Source of the DNA: Setoptus koraiensis
Lineage: Eukaryota > Animalia > Arthropoda
DNA: 64,000 bases
NCBI GenBank assembly: GCA_048013815.1
Contig: CM106586.1
Location: 18,786,001-18,850,000 of the forward strand
Direction of reading: 5' to 3'
The notes under the pieces are model-generated. The model saw only the letters and a program-made list of their open reading frames with translations, ran no database searches and was not told the DNA's origin. The position numbers were made by a program, and so were the translations under genes. Each line of letters opens with the position of its first letter. Position 1 is the first letter of the stretch. Shown one piece after another: positions 11,871-25,066 of the stretch.

Positions 11871-14800
11871 ATTACAATGCCAGTGCAAACACTAACAAGC
11901 CCATAGGAGGCGACATAAATGTTGTACATTGCACATTTGTCTTGCCAATGATTCTCATTATGATATCAACCGTGATATGATTATAATTAATGCAACATAC
12001 CTGCCTCAGCTTTGTTGCGTCTATTCTACAGTCTAGACACATTATCTCATTTAATGATCTAAATCGTTAGTTTTCTACACAGACAATCATCATCAGAATG
12101 AATCATTTGTGCCCAACTATCATGTTGAGCATCTCGCAAGTTCAACAAGCTATTTAGTTGCCTGATAAATCCTGTTTTCTTAACAGCATCGCTACTGGCC
12201 AAGGAGAGTTTCTTTGGGTGTTATTAATATGCATGTAATCATTACATTGAAATGCATGTATAATGTGTACATGTATCGTAAAATCACTGAACAGCAGCAA
12301 TTGTTGACTGCCTTCTAGTTTTGTTTGAGCCCTATTTGGTGGCAATATTGTCAATTTTGTCAAACTATTCCACCATTTATATTTGACAAACTATGCATTC
12401 GCTACGACCATAATCGTTCGTGTATCGAGACAGGAAGACTACGTTTTTATTTCGACACATTCTTAATGAGGCTGTTAAATAGATGAGACAAATGGTGAGA
12501 CAACGAGCAAATCGCAGCTCATTGATGGTTGCAACTGTTTATTTGTAAGCGAGTCATCTTAGGTAGCGATGAACATGCTCATTGTACGCTCATTGGTCCG
12601 AAACATTGGAACCATTCTCATCGGATAGTCTTAACATGTTTAAAAGTCTATAATGACCACTGGTCATACACTCATCTACATCCTCTTCATGGCCGTGCTT
12701 AGGCTCCACCGATGTATGAGCCGACATCGCTCAAAGTGATCTGTGGCAATTAATGATTAAATGTGACACGTGAAATGATAATCCCATGGCTGACAATTAT
12801 GCCTAAAATCAAGCACATGATAACATGTGTCAATACAATACAGTGTTGGGCAACAAACGGTCGAGGTCATCACCGAGTGATATCACTAATTGTTTTCAGT
12901 TCGCCCCAACTTGCTTTTGAGCTATTTCAAGTCGAATAAGCCGAATAACACATTGAATTGTGAACGAAAGATCCCCTCCTAGGTTACATCATATTTGAGC
13001 ATGTATGATGCAACAATCTACGAGACTGTTACAGTATTACTATTATTGTTACTATCAAATCGGCGCGTATCACCACTCACCGTCACACGAGAGTAGTGTA
13101 AAGGTGGCTGATGCCGTACAAGTGCAGTTTTGATTGAGAAACTTATAAATGATTTCCAAATCTAAGCGAGAGGCCTCATCTTGTTGCCAATTATCAATTA
13201 GAACCACTATTCGGGGCCCCTTGAACGTAAGAGTTGGCATTAACCTGTTAACGTGTTGTTTTGTTTGCACACTTGTCATCAGTCTACAGGATCATATGAC
13301 GGCATTGTATAGCACTGATACTATTCATATTCATTATTTATACTATTCACCTTTTTCATGAATAATGACGAATAAACACAACTGTTACAAGCTCGGCAAT
13401 ATCCGTGTAAAGCTTGTATCCCACAACAGCAGCATCAGCAGTCTCACCATAATCAAATTATCTGATCGCGTCGCTGTGAGCGAGAGGCACTACTGCTCAA
13501 AAAGCGGCTAATAAGATAGAGCTGGATATGCAAACAGATTCAACGAGAAACTGGCTTGTTGTTGATTCTTTAGACTACAGTTATCAACAATTCTACCAGA
13601 CGCTAGAATGACACGCTATTCTATACACGTTCGAACTGTTGAATTGATTCAGCATTATATGATTAATGAAATTTCGTAATAATAACAACAAAGCACACAC
13701 TCTTATCATGCATCACTATCTAGCTCGTAATATGTCGATCGTTTGTCTAAACAGAGCTGGCCATGACGGCGAACGGCAAACAAACGAGCTCGATAGAAAG
13801 TAAAGAAAACAAAATTTGGGTGCGACGAACGACTGGATCACCTAAAGTCGAAGAAAGTCGGCGCTTCCTAGTGGCCGCCGAGTCAAGTTTATTGACATGG
13901 CGCGATAAAATGGCAACGATCGACGCGACCAAAAGAGCATCACTGTTATTAGATAATAAAAGATCAGTCATTCTCACTTGTTGGCCAACAATAAAATGCA
14001 TATTCATTCGGTGCGTTGATATTTATAATTTTTCACTACAGTCCCGATTCTTGAAAAGTCAACTCACCTGACAGATTGGGACGCATCTCGAAGGGATCTC
14101 GGAATGGAATCTTACGATCTTGAATTGAGGGATCAATCGGCAGCGAAGGCGGCGAATTACGACAGTGACTGTGATTGTTGTCGGATCTATATGATTCAGC
14201 TGCAATTCAAGGTCAATTCGCACAGCCGTGACTTATATCGCGAGCACGAATCAATGGCGCAATCGTTTGGGTTGCCTTCTCATTCTGGCTCAAGTAGACA
14301 GTGTAAAGTTATACTGAACTTTGTTTGTTTGTTATCTAGATTTTGTGGACATTTTTTCCAGCGGACGCGTCATCTTTTTATTATCTGTTGGTGGCTACAG
14401 AGAGATGGTTTGTGCAAACATATTCGCACATAACGACGAATGAGCGCGAAACAGCGTAAACTTGGTCTTGGCATCCATTCGAGCATTCACATGTTCATCA
14501 TATTTCAGATTGCGATTGACTGCCGGATCGCCTTGGTGTGCGATATGGATAGATCATCACGAGTGTCGGAGAATCTCTTCTCTGGACGTTAGCATAGTCT
14601 GTGCAGAGTGAAGAGTCGCGCACGCCAATACGCTCAAAGTCTGTCAGACGATTTATTGACGATTTACGGCACACGGATATTGAAATCGTGGCTTCGATCT
14701 GTCGCATCGTGGTCGTGCCAATGTCACCGACACCAATCCATCTATTGCGACACAACTTGGCGGTTGGATTTTTGTTCGTGCCGGCATCCGCCCCGAATGA

Positions 14801-15098
14801 GCTGCAAAAATAGAAAAATGGAAATCTCTTGGTCATGTTCCGACAGTGTACAGCTCACAAGCTTCGTTTGCACGGATATAACGCGAAAGAACGCTTCGGC
14901 GAAAGAACTTTCCAGCGAGTTGAATTTGCCGCTCAGCTCTGTGCTGGGGGCCGGCATGAGTTTTTCCCGCTGTCCAAATGTTTATTCACGCGATTCTACA
15001 TTGTATATATTTTCCGGGAAAATATCGTCGGAGGCCATATTTGGCGACAAAAATCGCATGTTTGGACATTAGGATAAATTAAAGAAAAAACAATAACC

Positions 15099-16568
15099 AT
15101 GAATAATCAAACTGTGACCCTGTTCTTCCTGCTCATATTAATGGCCATACTATGGATGGACACTTGTTTATATTTTCAAATTCAGAGCACGCAACCGTCG
15201 TTGCAGGATTCCGATGGCGCAATCGGCAACAACAGCACAAACGATAACAATGGAAACGAGTTTGTCGTTACTTCCAACAGTGACGGGCATAAACAACAAT
15301 ATACTCTTGATAAGAACAAAATGACCGATATGTTCTCGTTTGCCTTCCATGGACTGTCGATAAAACTAATGATGACCGACCCCATCGACAACTACATATT
15401 TGCGCCACTTGCCGAGGGTTTCATAGAGTGGACACAATTCAATAGATTCTTCTATTTTATATCGCCCAATATGATTAGTTACGCCGGAGTGGTGAGTGCC
15501 GTTGTTGGCGCTAAACTAGTATCTCAAGACAATCCTACCATGCACAAATTGTCAGTATTATTGTTTCAATTGCGTACATTTTTAGATGCCCTAGACGGTC
15601 TGGTTGCAAGATCACGATTGCACATACACAAACATTTGTCATTGCAGCACACCTCGGGTTATGTAATAGATGGCGTTTGTGACGGAATTGGCTTTGTTGC
15701 CTATGTGATTGGTTGTTATATTTTTTTAAGGAGACATTTCCAAAACACTTATCGTTCACATCGATTATCAGATTCAAGCAGAAGTTTGACGTTTGCTAAC
15801 AACAACAATGACGACAACAACACTAATGATATTAAAATGCAACAACGCAACTATTCCTCCTATATACCGTTAACAGTTAATGATGAAGACGAACAACAGC
15901 AACATCACCAATTAGTTAGTGACTTAGATGAGTTACTCGTCAACAGCGAAACTAACGGCAGCCCATCAAATCAAAGGAAACAACAGCAGCATATATCCTC
16001 TTCCGGTGGCCATGACGACAATGATGCGATAAATCTGGACGCACGTCTAGATGGTAAATTGCGAAAAAATAACAAGAGATTTAATTATCTACACATACGC
16101 CATAATTATCTTCCTAGTAGATTTTCCATAACGAAAAAATTCAAAAATGGTTCATTGCTGTCTATTGACAAATACATACCAAACGGATTGAAGCGACGTA
16201 CAACAAGAAAAATTTTTACAGTTCTAGTCTATTTCTTGTTACAAATAGCAATATGCTCAATATTTTGGAATAGATATATAATATTCTATAGGCAATTGTT
16301 AGAATCTAATTCTACAACACAACGGATGGCCTCACTCAAGAACACCATATTGAGATCTAATCTCATGTGGATTATTATTTGGTTTTGGCGATTCACCAAT
16401 GGTCACTCGATGATGCACATGTTAACTATTGCAATATTTTTTGGTAAATTGTGGAAATTCCTAGACTTCATAAAATACATCGGCTTCTTGGAAATATTCT
16501 TACTCGCTGGCATCACGGAATTACATGCCCATGACACTCAATCATTTCTAGCCGTTATGGATGATTAG
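15099..16568 (+). CDS. Cpes: Ceramide phosphoethanolamine synthase (CDP-alcohol phosphotransferase family), single exon, 489 aa
   Basis: CDP-alcohol phosphotransferase motif DALDGLVAR...GYVIDGVCD, plus MMTDPIDNYIF, ISPNMIS and WNRYI...LLE segments and several TM helices typical of arthropod CPES. Confidence 0.9.
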   Translation: MNNQTVTLFFLLILMAILWMDTCLYFQIQSTQPSLQDSDGAIGNNSTNDNNGNEFVVTSNSDGHKQQYTLDKNKMTDMFSFAFHGLSIKLMMTDPIDNYIFAPLAEGFIEWTQFNRFFYFISPNMISYAGVVSAVVGAKLVSQDNPTMHKLSVLLFQLRTFLDALDGLVARSRLHIHKHLSLQHTSGYVIDGVCDGIGFVAYVIGCYIFLRRHFQNTYRSHRLSDSSRSLTFANNNNDDNNTNDIKMQQRNYSSYIPLTVNDEDEQQQHHQLVSDLDELLVNSETNGSPSNQRKQQQHISSSGGHDDNDAINLDARLDGKLRKNNKRFNYLHIRHNYLPSRFSITKKFKNGSLLSIDKYIPNGLKRRTTRKIFTVLVYFLLQIAICSIFWNRYIIFYRQLLESNSTTQRMASLKNTILRSNLMWIIIWFWRFTNGHSMMHMLTIAIFFGKLWKFLDFIKYIGFLEIFLLAGITELHAHDTQSFLAVMDD

Positions 16569-17544
16569 CCCTTATACTGCTTACAGCCAGCAGTAACCAC
16601 TGTTCAAATCAATCCTGAGCCAGTAAAGTCCAGTAAGTTTAATGATTGAAACTCAATTCCAATAATCATCACACATTAAATGTCATGATATAATTAGACT
16701 GTCAAGATTTAAAGGTTTGACTGGAGGCCCAATTGATGGACACACTTCCTAACAGTAACCAATATTCGATTGTGACTCGACATCAGGCCTCGTTTTTTTT
16801 TGATTCTATATTTTATAAGTTTGTATATTTCTTTTTGTCATGATAATAATGGTTAATGAGATATCAATTCAAAGTCTGTGATAGTTCGAAAAAATAAATT
16901 AACTATCTAACATTTGTTTGTGCCTTTGAAACAAGTTCAACACGTTCACAATTCAAATCACATTACTAATAACAACGCAACTTTCACATACTCAGGGAAG
17001 TCTCTCCAGAGTAATGACAGAAGATAATAGAATTCATTCATCATAGATGTAGATATACCTCAGGCAACTCACACAAGTACGATACCAGCGAACGTAGCTA
17101 GGTGGGAATGCATCTTTCATATTCCGGGTCCAGCATCTCTAAACTTCGTTTGATTTGCGTCTAGTATAATATAATTAATCCATCCTATAGTCTCTATAAA
17201 CTCTCCAGTGTACCGAGAACAAGAATACGCTAGTCGCTCTAACCAAAGTCCGACTTTTAAAGTCGGCGATGGTTGAATTTAGCGCCCAGATTATCCCGCC
17301 GCTGAGCATGCGCAATTCCGAGTTCATGGCGGTTTAAAAACGTTATGAAAAGTTTGTCAACACAAACAAACGGTCCTCACACTTTACGAAACGCCATCTT
17401 GTTGCAACACCTCATTTGCATTTGATACATTGAAAAAAAAAAAAATAGCGAAAACATACCCCATATCTCAATCAATAATCACCATTATTCAGACCATTTT
17501 GATTATACTATTTTTAATTGAAAGCCAACAGGCCCGCCAGTCAC

Positions 17545-18228
17545 ATGTCAACACCGTCATTCGAGACGGCGTACGGGGATTCCGATGCCGATACAACACC
17601 CACAAACAGCCAACAACCACAACAATACGACGATGGTCAATTGAGGCACGCCCAAACGGGCAAAAAATTCACTTTAGCCGACTTTGAGATAGGTCGACCA
17701 TTGGGCAAGGGCAAATTTGGTAACGTTTATTTGGCTAGGACAAAGGAGGAGCAATATATCGTAGCATTGAAGGTTCTCTCGAAGAATCAGCTCATCAGGA
17801 ACAATGTTCAGCATCAATTGAGACGAGAGATCGAGATACAATCGCATCTTGAGCATGAGAACATATTGAAGATGTTTGGTTACTTTTACGACGACACACG
17901 CATCTATCTTGTATTGGAGTACGCGCCGCGTGGTGAATTGTACAAGAAGCTGAGGGACCAGAAACGCTTCGATGAACCACTGGCGGCCACCTACGTCACC
18001 CAATGTATAGAGGCATTAATTATTTGTCATTCCATGAATGTCATACATCGTGATATTAAGCCAGAGAATATTCTGTTGGGATTCCGTGGCGAAATCAAAA
18101 TAGCCGACTTTGGCTGGTCAGTTCATGCGCCATCGTCGCGTCGAACAACAATGTGCGGAACATTAGATTATTTGCCACCCGAAATGGTGCAAAGGAAGGC
18201 CTACGACAAGAACGTCGATCTCTGGTGC
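17545..18228 (+). CDS. Aurora kinase, 5' part; the C-terminus lies in the assembly gap
   Basis: First ATG at 17545. Motifs: [81 protein letters not shown]. The short N-terminus and DLWC lean towards Aurora B, while SSRRTT is Aurora A-like, so the subtype is left open. No intron in the sequenced part. Confidence 0.95.
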
Positions 18229-18728
18229 NNNNNNNNNNNNNNNNNNNNNNNNNNNNNNNNNNNNNNNNNNNNNNNNNNNNNNNNNNNNNNNNNNNNNNNN
18301 NNNNNNNNNNNNNNNNNNNNNNNNNNNNNNNNNNNNNNNNNNNNNNNNNNNNNNNNNNNNNNNNNNNNNNNNNNNNNNNNNNNNNNNNNNNNNNNNNNNN
18401 NNNNNNNNNNNNNNNNNNNNNNNNNNNNNNNNNNNNNNNNNNNNNNNNNNNNNNNNNNNNNNNNNNNNNNNNNNNNNNNNNNNNNNNNNNNNNNNNNNNN
18501 NNNNNNNNNNNNNNNNNNNNNNNNNNNNNNNNNNNNNNNNNNNNNNNNNNNNNNNNNNNNNNNNNNNNNNNNNNNNNNNNNNNNNNNNNNNNNNNNNNNN
18601 NNNNNNNNNNNNNNNNNNNNNNNNNNNNNNNNNNNNNNNNNNNNNNNNNNNNNNNNNNNNNNNNNNNNNNNNNNNNNNNNNNNNNNNNNNNNNNNNNNNN
18701 NNNNNNNNNNNNNNNNNNNNNNNNNNNN
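18229..18728. other. Assembly gap, 500 N
   Basis: Run of exactly 500 N, a round number that may be a placeholder. Confidence 0.99.
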
Positions 18729-19517
18729 CAATATGTGACAGGTCCTTGGCGTAGTATTCGTTGATCTCTTCAGGCGGTGGTCTCTTCATAAACATAGCCT
18801 TGTATTCTTTTTTGGTCTAAGTTGGTATCAAGGTATCATCATTGACGGACAGTTGAATAGATCAATATCAGTTAGTGATTACGCTAGTGGTGCTAGTGTT
18901 TATGTCACCGCCGTCCTATCAACGATTGCACTTACCCAATCGGAGAATTGATTTATGCCCTCCTCATGGGTGCACAATCCCAGCCGATATTGTATTTTGT
19001 TTTTGAATACTTGCACACATTTGCTTATAAATAACGATCGTCTCAATGAGCTCTCTATAGTAGTGTAAAACTTATTGTATCTCTTCAAAAACCATTCAAA
19101 ACTAAACCAATAAGGTAGCGGTGTGTCATCCTGATGACTGTTAGGTTGTTGATGGCTATTAGAGACTCCAATCTCCATAGCGTGCGCCGCCTGTATCAGA
19201 GGACCTATGGTCAGGGATAAATCGGATGGCGCTGATATTGAGCAAATTATCATAATTAGTAGAACTACTAATGCCACTGAATGGCTAATATAAACGTTGA
19301 AATTAAAGCTTGAAATCAATTTCCTAGAGCTAATAAAATTATGCGATCCATTATTAACATTATTAGTAATACTCCTAATTTTATAATTGCCTATTCTCAA
19401 TTGACTACTATCATCGCTAACGACGATGGCTTGTCTGAAGTTTGTGCGAGTTTGCACAAACAACGGATGACCTTGTTGGTTGTCATTATCACATTTATTG
19501 TTTATATTACGTGGCAT
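18729..19517 (-). CDS. Papain-family (C1A) cysteine protease propeptide / I29 inhibitor-domain gene, cathepsin L-like; exons 19517-18936 and 18816-gap
   Basis: FEWFLKRYNKFY..E...RRSLF (degenerate ERFNIN) and GINQFSDW end at a GTAAGT donor. A 119-nt intron with a CACTAAC branch site and TTAG acceptor joins in frame to TKKEYKAMFMKRPPPEEINEYYAKDLSHI, giving the GxNxFxD-x-T-xx-E signature. A hydrophobic segment VALVVLLIMIICSISA lies upstream. Confidence 0.75.
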
Positions 19518-20629
19518 GTTTGTTGTTGTTTGTTTATTGGTTCCCTAGCTTACTTGCTAATTGTTTATTTAGACTCAAAGCCAGCGTCTCCTTAACTACT
19601 GCTTTTCGCTTTATAGTTTATCTTTTGGAGACCTCTAATACACTCAAAAGCAAAATAAAGAAACAGAAGTCACAAAGAGAAGAGAGAAGCCACACAAACC
19701 AAACAGCTTTATGTAAGATATCTATAGGGAACCTGTTGTCACGATAGTTGTCATTTGACAAGTGAGCTAACAAAACAGGTGCGTACAGGTACATTCATGT
19801 CTGCACTATCATCTATTTATATATCTCAGTTTTTTTTGCATGTATATCAATCCTCAAACATGTAAGTCACATTCTTGTAGTTCGTTACGTGAGTTGGTTC
19901 ACTATGGCAATGCGACTTTGTCCCACTGTTACAGTCTGCGGCAATCGTGCAAAGTGCGTGCTGTCTATATTTAGATCAATCCCATTCGTCTAGTTCATGA
20001 ACTTCATCGGCTAATGCACTTTCATATGATAACAAATCAATGTTTCTGTGATACATTTTACCACCATTGGTTTACCGGTTGTCGTAACAATTTTCTGAAA
20101 AAGTATTACTTCAACACCTTATCCGTCGATGTGCTTACGGGCCCTTGCGAGTTAGTATATAACGTGTTTTACACTCGCAATCTTTCCATCTAGTGTATAG
20201 GGACTTCTAACACATAAAGACAACATCGGGCATGAAGTGCCGTATTGGGGCCTCTCTAAGTGAGTCGACCTGATACCCCCATGGCTTTTTCATGGAATGA
20301 GGGTCGCCGCACTAGTTCCAATGAAGAGATTGAGACACTCTAGAGAATTTATTACTTGTAGTCTAGATTTTATTTCAAGATCACTCCCATTACATAAAAG
20401 TTTGTTCAGAATGATTCATTATTTATTCGACACCAGACATTTACATTTGCAGTATATCTGTTGACTAATGACGTCCATATTGGGTGACATGATTATAACA
20501 TGACATGATAATAAAATCTCACCGTGCTAGATCGGAAATAAGTAGTAGTAAGATTCTAAGAAACTACACTGTCTAAATTATAAACATGGTATATATATAT
20601 ATAATATATGACAGGATGATTCTATACTA

Positions 20630-22308
20630 TTATGTTATGTTTGTAGCAGGTTTCGGCAATGATGACGATGATGATGGCGATGACGAGGATGAAGTCGATG
20701 GTGCTGGATGTTGTTGATGTGATGCTTGATGATGAACTTCCTCTAAATCTCTACGTGAGCCCAATGGAGTCATGTGGGCAACTATAGAGGCCGATACAGA
20801 TCGATCAGTTTCAGCGTCAACATAGAAAGCTGATCTACTACCTGGCGAAGATGATCTTATTGAACCATGATCGCTTATGCCACTATTTATGCTACCTGTG
20901 TTTGTTTCATTGTGTAATCGTCGCGTCGATTGATGCGGATGGTTATAATCATGAGATCGAGAAGTCCTTTGATCACGCAGTAATGGTGTTGACTCGTTTG
21001 CGTTATAGCTGACAGTATTGCCGCCTTCGTTTTCTGACTCTGTGTCGCTTACGTCGCTCATACCTGGTACTCGTACTTTTCCCTTGCACACAGGACATAT
21101 CCGACGATTTTTTGTAAGCCATGGATCTATGCAGCGGATATGATAAGCTGTAATGTTAAGGTGAAAGACGTATGTTGATTAGAACTAAGCCCTAACTGAT
21201 CTAGAAAGATGCTAAAGTTAAACCATGATGAAATATGAACTTACCGTGTCCACATGGCAGAATTCTAAGCTTCTCTCCTTCAACATAATCGTCTAAGCAA
21301 ATTGCGCATGTATCGAAATAGTCTCCTTTTGTGAATTTGGTGGTAAGTAATTGCTTTAATTGTTTGCTAGTGAGACGGTGACGTTGTATCCTTCTTCGGT
21401 CTCTTATACACTTAACTATCTGATAGATCTGGTGTCGTGGGTAAACCGTTAACATTGATGACGGAACGAAGTTGCAGTCAAGTTTTGTTTCACAATATTA
21501 GATTAAATATTCGATTTTTTACAAGTTTACTTACAAGGAAGGCAACCATCAAAAATAGACATACAAGGATGACTATGGCAAATGGCAAGAGGTAGGCGTC
21601 CAATGGGAAGCGTGTACTGATCGACAAAATCAAGAATAAAGTATTAGCAAACCGATTGTATAGATTTGAATAAATAACCAATGTGTGCAATATTACGATT
21701 CTCACCTTGGAAGGATGACGGCCGTAAAACCTTTATCATAAAGGTAATTACTCTTTATGGATTCTCCATCCATATAAGATATCAATAAAGTAGGAACATG
21801 AGCTTCATATTGTAAACTTTGGCCCGGAAAATAGACAGACATCTTATTTGGATCAACGGTGTATACAATAACTCCTTTAAAACCTGCCTTGACTGCATTT
21901 TTCACTTTAGTCTCAAATGTACACGGGTATCTTTTTGCCAGCAAGAACCAATTTTCGTTGTCTGACCAGCTAGGCGCATTTTTAACGTCTGTGCAAGCGT
22001 CCTCTGGTTCTGAAAGAACAATTTTACCCTGTAGACAAATTAAAGGATGATAATGATGAGAAATCATATTCTAACACCGAGATGATAGATTATAATGAGA
22101 GATTATGAAATCGTCAACTCACCGGTATTCCATCGGGAGGTACAGAACCGAACGCCAACTGTTCAGTGTCAATGAACGCTGCCGTTCTATTATCTGATGC
22201 GATTATCTCAATATATCCATTTGTGAAAGTGATATAATTGACTAGGGTGGCCACGGACCAATATAAGCCAAAATAAAATAAATTTTTACTGTCGGCTATC
22301 TTATACAT
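20630..22308 (-). CDS. RNF13: PA-TM-RING E3 ubiquitin ligase RNF13/RNF167 (godzilla) orthologue; exons 22308-22123, 22028-21706, 21616-21535, 21419-21245, 21147-20630; ~427 aa
   Basis: Signal peptide, PA domain (SEPEDAC...FETKVKNAVKAGFKGVIVY), TM helix (YLLPFAIVILVCLFLMVAFL) and RING-H2 [42 protein letters not shown]. All four introns are GT-AG with consistent phases. An alternative acceptor at 21428 is possible. Confidence 0.92.
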
Positions 22309-23685
22309 CTAATAATCGAATATAATATTGATAATAGACAAGAAGAATATAATGAGATTTTACTAATGTGTCCCCCTATCTGTTGGCTCGTGGTTGTTTG
22401 TTTTTTGACTATCTTACACATATAGCAACCATGTTCCGATGTATTGAAAATTGCTGATTATTATTTCATTTAATATGTAAAAAATATTGTGAATCTTGCA
22501 ATTACGCTCAGGAGAATGCGGACATCTTGACGGCAAAGAACTGCATCCTCAGAGGATTGTTTAAGGATAATTATTCCACTAATAGTAATATTAATTATAA
22601 TACAAATATTGGTATTGTATCATCATGTTGTTGTTGTTGTTGTTGTTGTTATTATTATTAAAGCTTACACAGCACACACAGTGCGCTGTGTGTGCTGGCA
22701 AAGCGCACGGTGCAAACTCGCATAGGAGATACAGAGACCAGCATTGGTAGTGTAAAATGCTGTGTGCGCTTTTTCGAATTTGAGACATTCAGTGCGAGAA
22801 AATTCCATCAGGGGCGCTGGCGTGCTCGAAATGCACAGCGAGACCTGCAGTGGTCTAGTAAAAATTCCATTCTTTCATTTATTCATCAGCAGGTTCGTGC
22901 TGCCCTCGTGATGACCAGCTGACTATACTCATAATTAACCCCTGCTCGCCTACTGTGCAGTTGCATGAGTCACTATCAATGATGAAATAGACGCCGAGGC
23001 AAGATATTTTGCGTCGATACTATCGACTCGACAGACAGTCAGTGAGCAAAGTTGTGTCTCATACTATCAAGGTCTCATACTCTACTATGAGGTGAGTGAA
23101 TATATGGGTGTGAAAGATGTATGAAACTTGCGGAGACTTGTGTGAAGATTCGCCAAAAATGATTAGAGAGAGAGAGAGAGGGAGACGAAGACGTTACAGA
23201 GGAAAGTGAAGAGGCGCCGCCCTGGTGGAATTCTTTCGCATCAAGAGGATCAGTATTGAGAAAAGCGCACCCCGTACATCGAATGGGATCGACAGCTCAA
23301 ACATTTCGTTTTGTTGTTGGTGCTGATGCACCTGTTAACGAATCTTCCCTCAGCGAAGAATTCTTCTTGAGAACACTCATAGGTATTTGATTGCTCCAGA
23401 TTGACACCAATCGATGAGAGCCTAACTTAATCGACTATACAATACCTGTTGAATTGAATGTTTTGACAAACTATTAATCACGCCACAGAGAATGCCCCAC
23501 TAATCACAGAGACACACTCTGCACACTGTTCAACTGCGAGTTGTGGAAGAACTGCACAGTGTGCAATCACGGTTGTTTACATCTGACGATAAATTGTCCA
23601 CATGATCGAATTTCACAAGAAGAATTACAATTTTACAACAATTACACAGATGTAGTTTAATTTTTCAGCAATTAAAAGTAGTATT

Positions 23686-24458
<773 letters not shown>

Positions 24459-24808
24459 CCTTTCAATATTGAGCGGTTATCACATTCGAAAGGGGACACT
24501 TAGATGATTAGTTGCAGCTTCTGGAACAGAACTACAGGAATAATTGATGGATCTGTTTAATTTATTTTATAAACGAACGAGAAAAATAATTATGATAATA
24601 AAATCCCAATGCGCAGCTACTTATTTGACGAATCTACGACTAGATCCTTGTCACCTGACACCTGTCAGAGCGTTTATTGATCGTCGTTACGCCCTAGGCG
24701 GTTACGAACGCCGAAGCCTTATGCGTTTGGATGCCAGAGATTTCAATCTATTTTAAGAGACTGCTGAGTGTATGCTGAGGAATTCGTGCAGACGCTATAC
24801 GATATGAG

Positions 24809-25003
24809 ACCGCTCAGAACCGGAAGCTCCCCCCTTTCCAGGTCCGAAAACCATCGAAGACGATCATCTAGGTGAAGAAAGGTTCACCGAGCATCACGCT
24901 CAGGGGAGCTCCGCGTAACTCATCACCGCGGGTGCTGTGTGATCTGAATTGTATTCAGGCACACTGATCAAACTATAGAAATGATCCCTAAAAGTATGAT
25001 CTT
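24809..25003 (-). ncRNA. U3: U3 snoRNA, ~195 nt
   Basis: The minus strand begins AAGATCATACTTTTAGGGATCATTTCTATAGT (box A' TACTT, box A GGATCATTTCTATAG). It then carries box C' GTGATGA, box B GAGCGTGA, hairpin GGTGAA/TTCACC, box C GATGATCG and box D CTGA, with a terminal CCGC/GCGG stem and the stem CGGAGCTCCCC/GGGGAGCTTCCG. Confidence 0.92.
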
Positions 25004-25035
25004 AATCTAACTTAGGATCGGCGATTCGCCATATA

Positions 25036-25066
25036 CTGAACCGGGTATAGAGCGGAGAACTGTCTG
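25036..25066 (-). promoter_or_regulatory. Putative snRNA-type proximal sequence element for U3
   Basis: CAGTTCTCCGCTCTATACCCG lies about -60 to -40 from the U3 5' end, where PSE elements are expected; it only loosely resembles the insect PSEA. Confidence 0.25.

Noticed and set aside
18153-18795. Long ORFs running through X residues (17518-18738, 18153-18764, 18163-18795, 18201-18731)
   Set aside because: Their lengths are artefacts of the N gap; only the sequenced flanks were used
23042-23053. GTGAGCAAAGTT, identical to the first 12 nt of miR-87
   Set aside because: The 3' half diverges and there is no complementary arm to form a hairpin
25030-25036. TATAT about -30 from U3, suggesting Pol III transcription as in plants
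   Set aside because: No oligo-T terminator follows the U3 3' end, and metazoan U3 is a Pol II transcript
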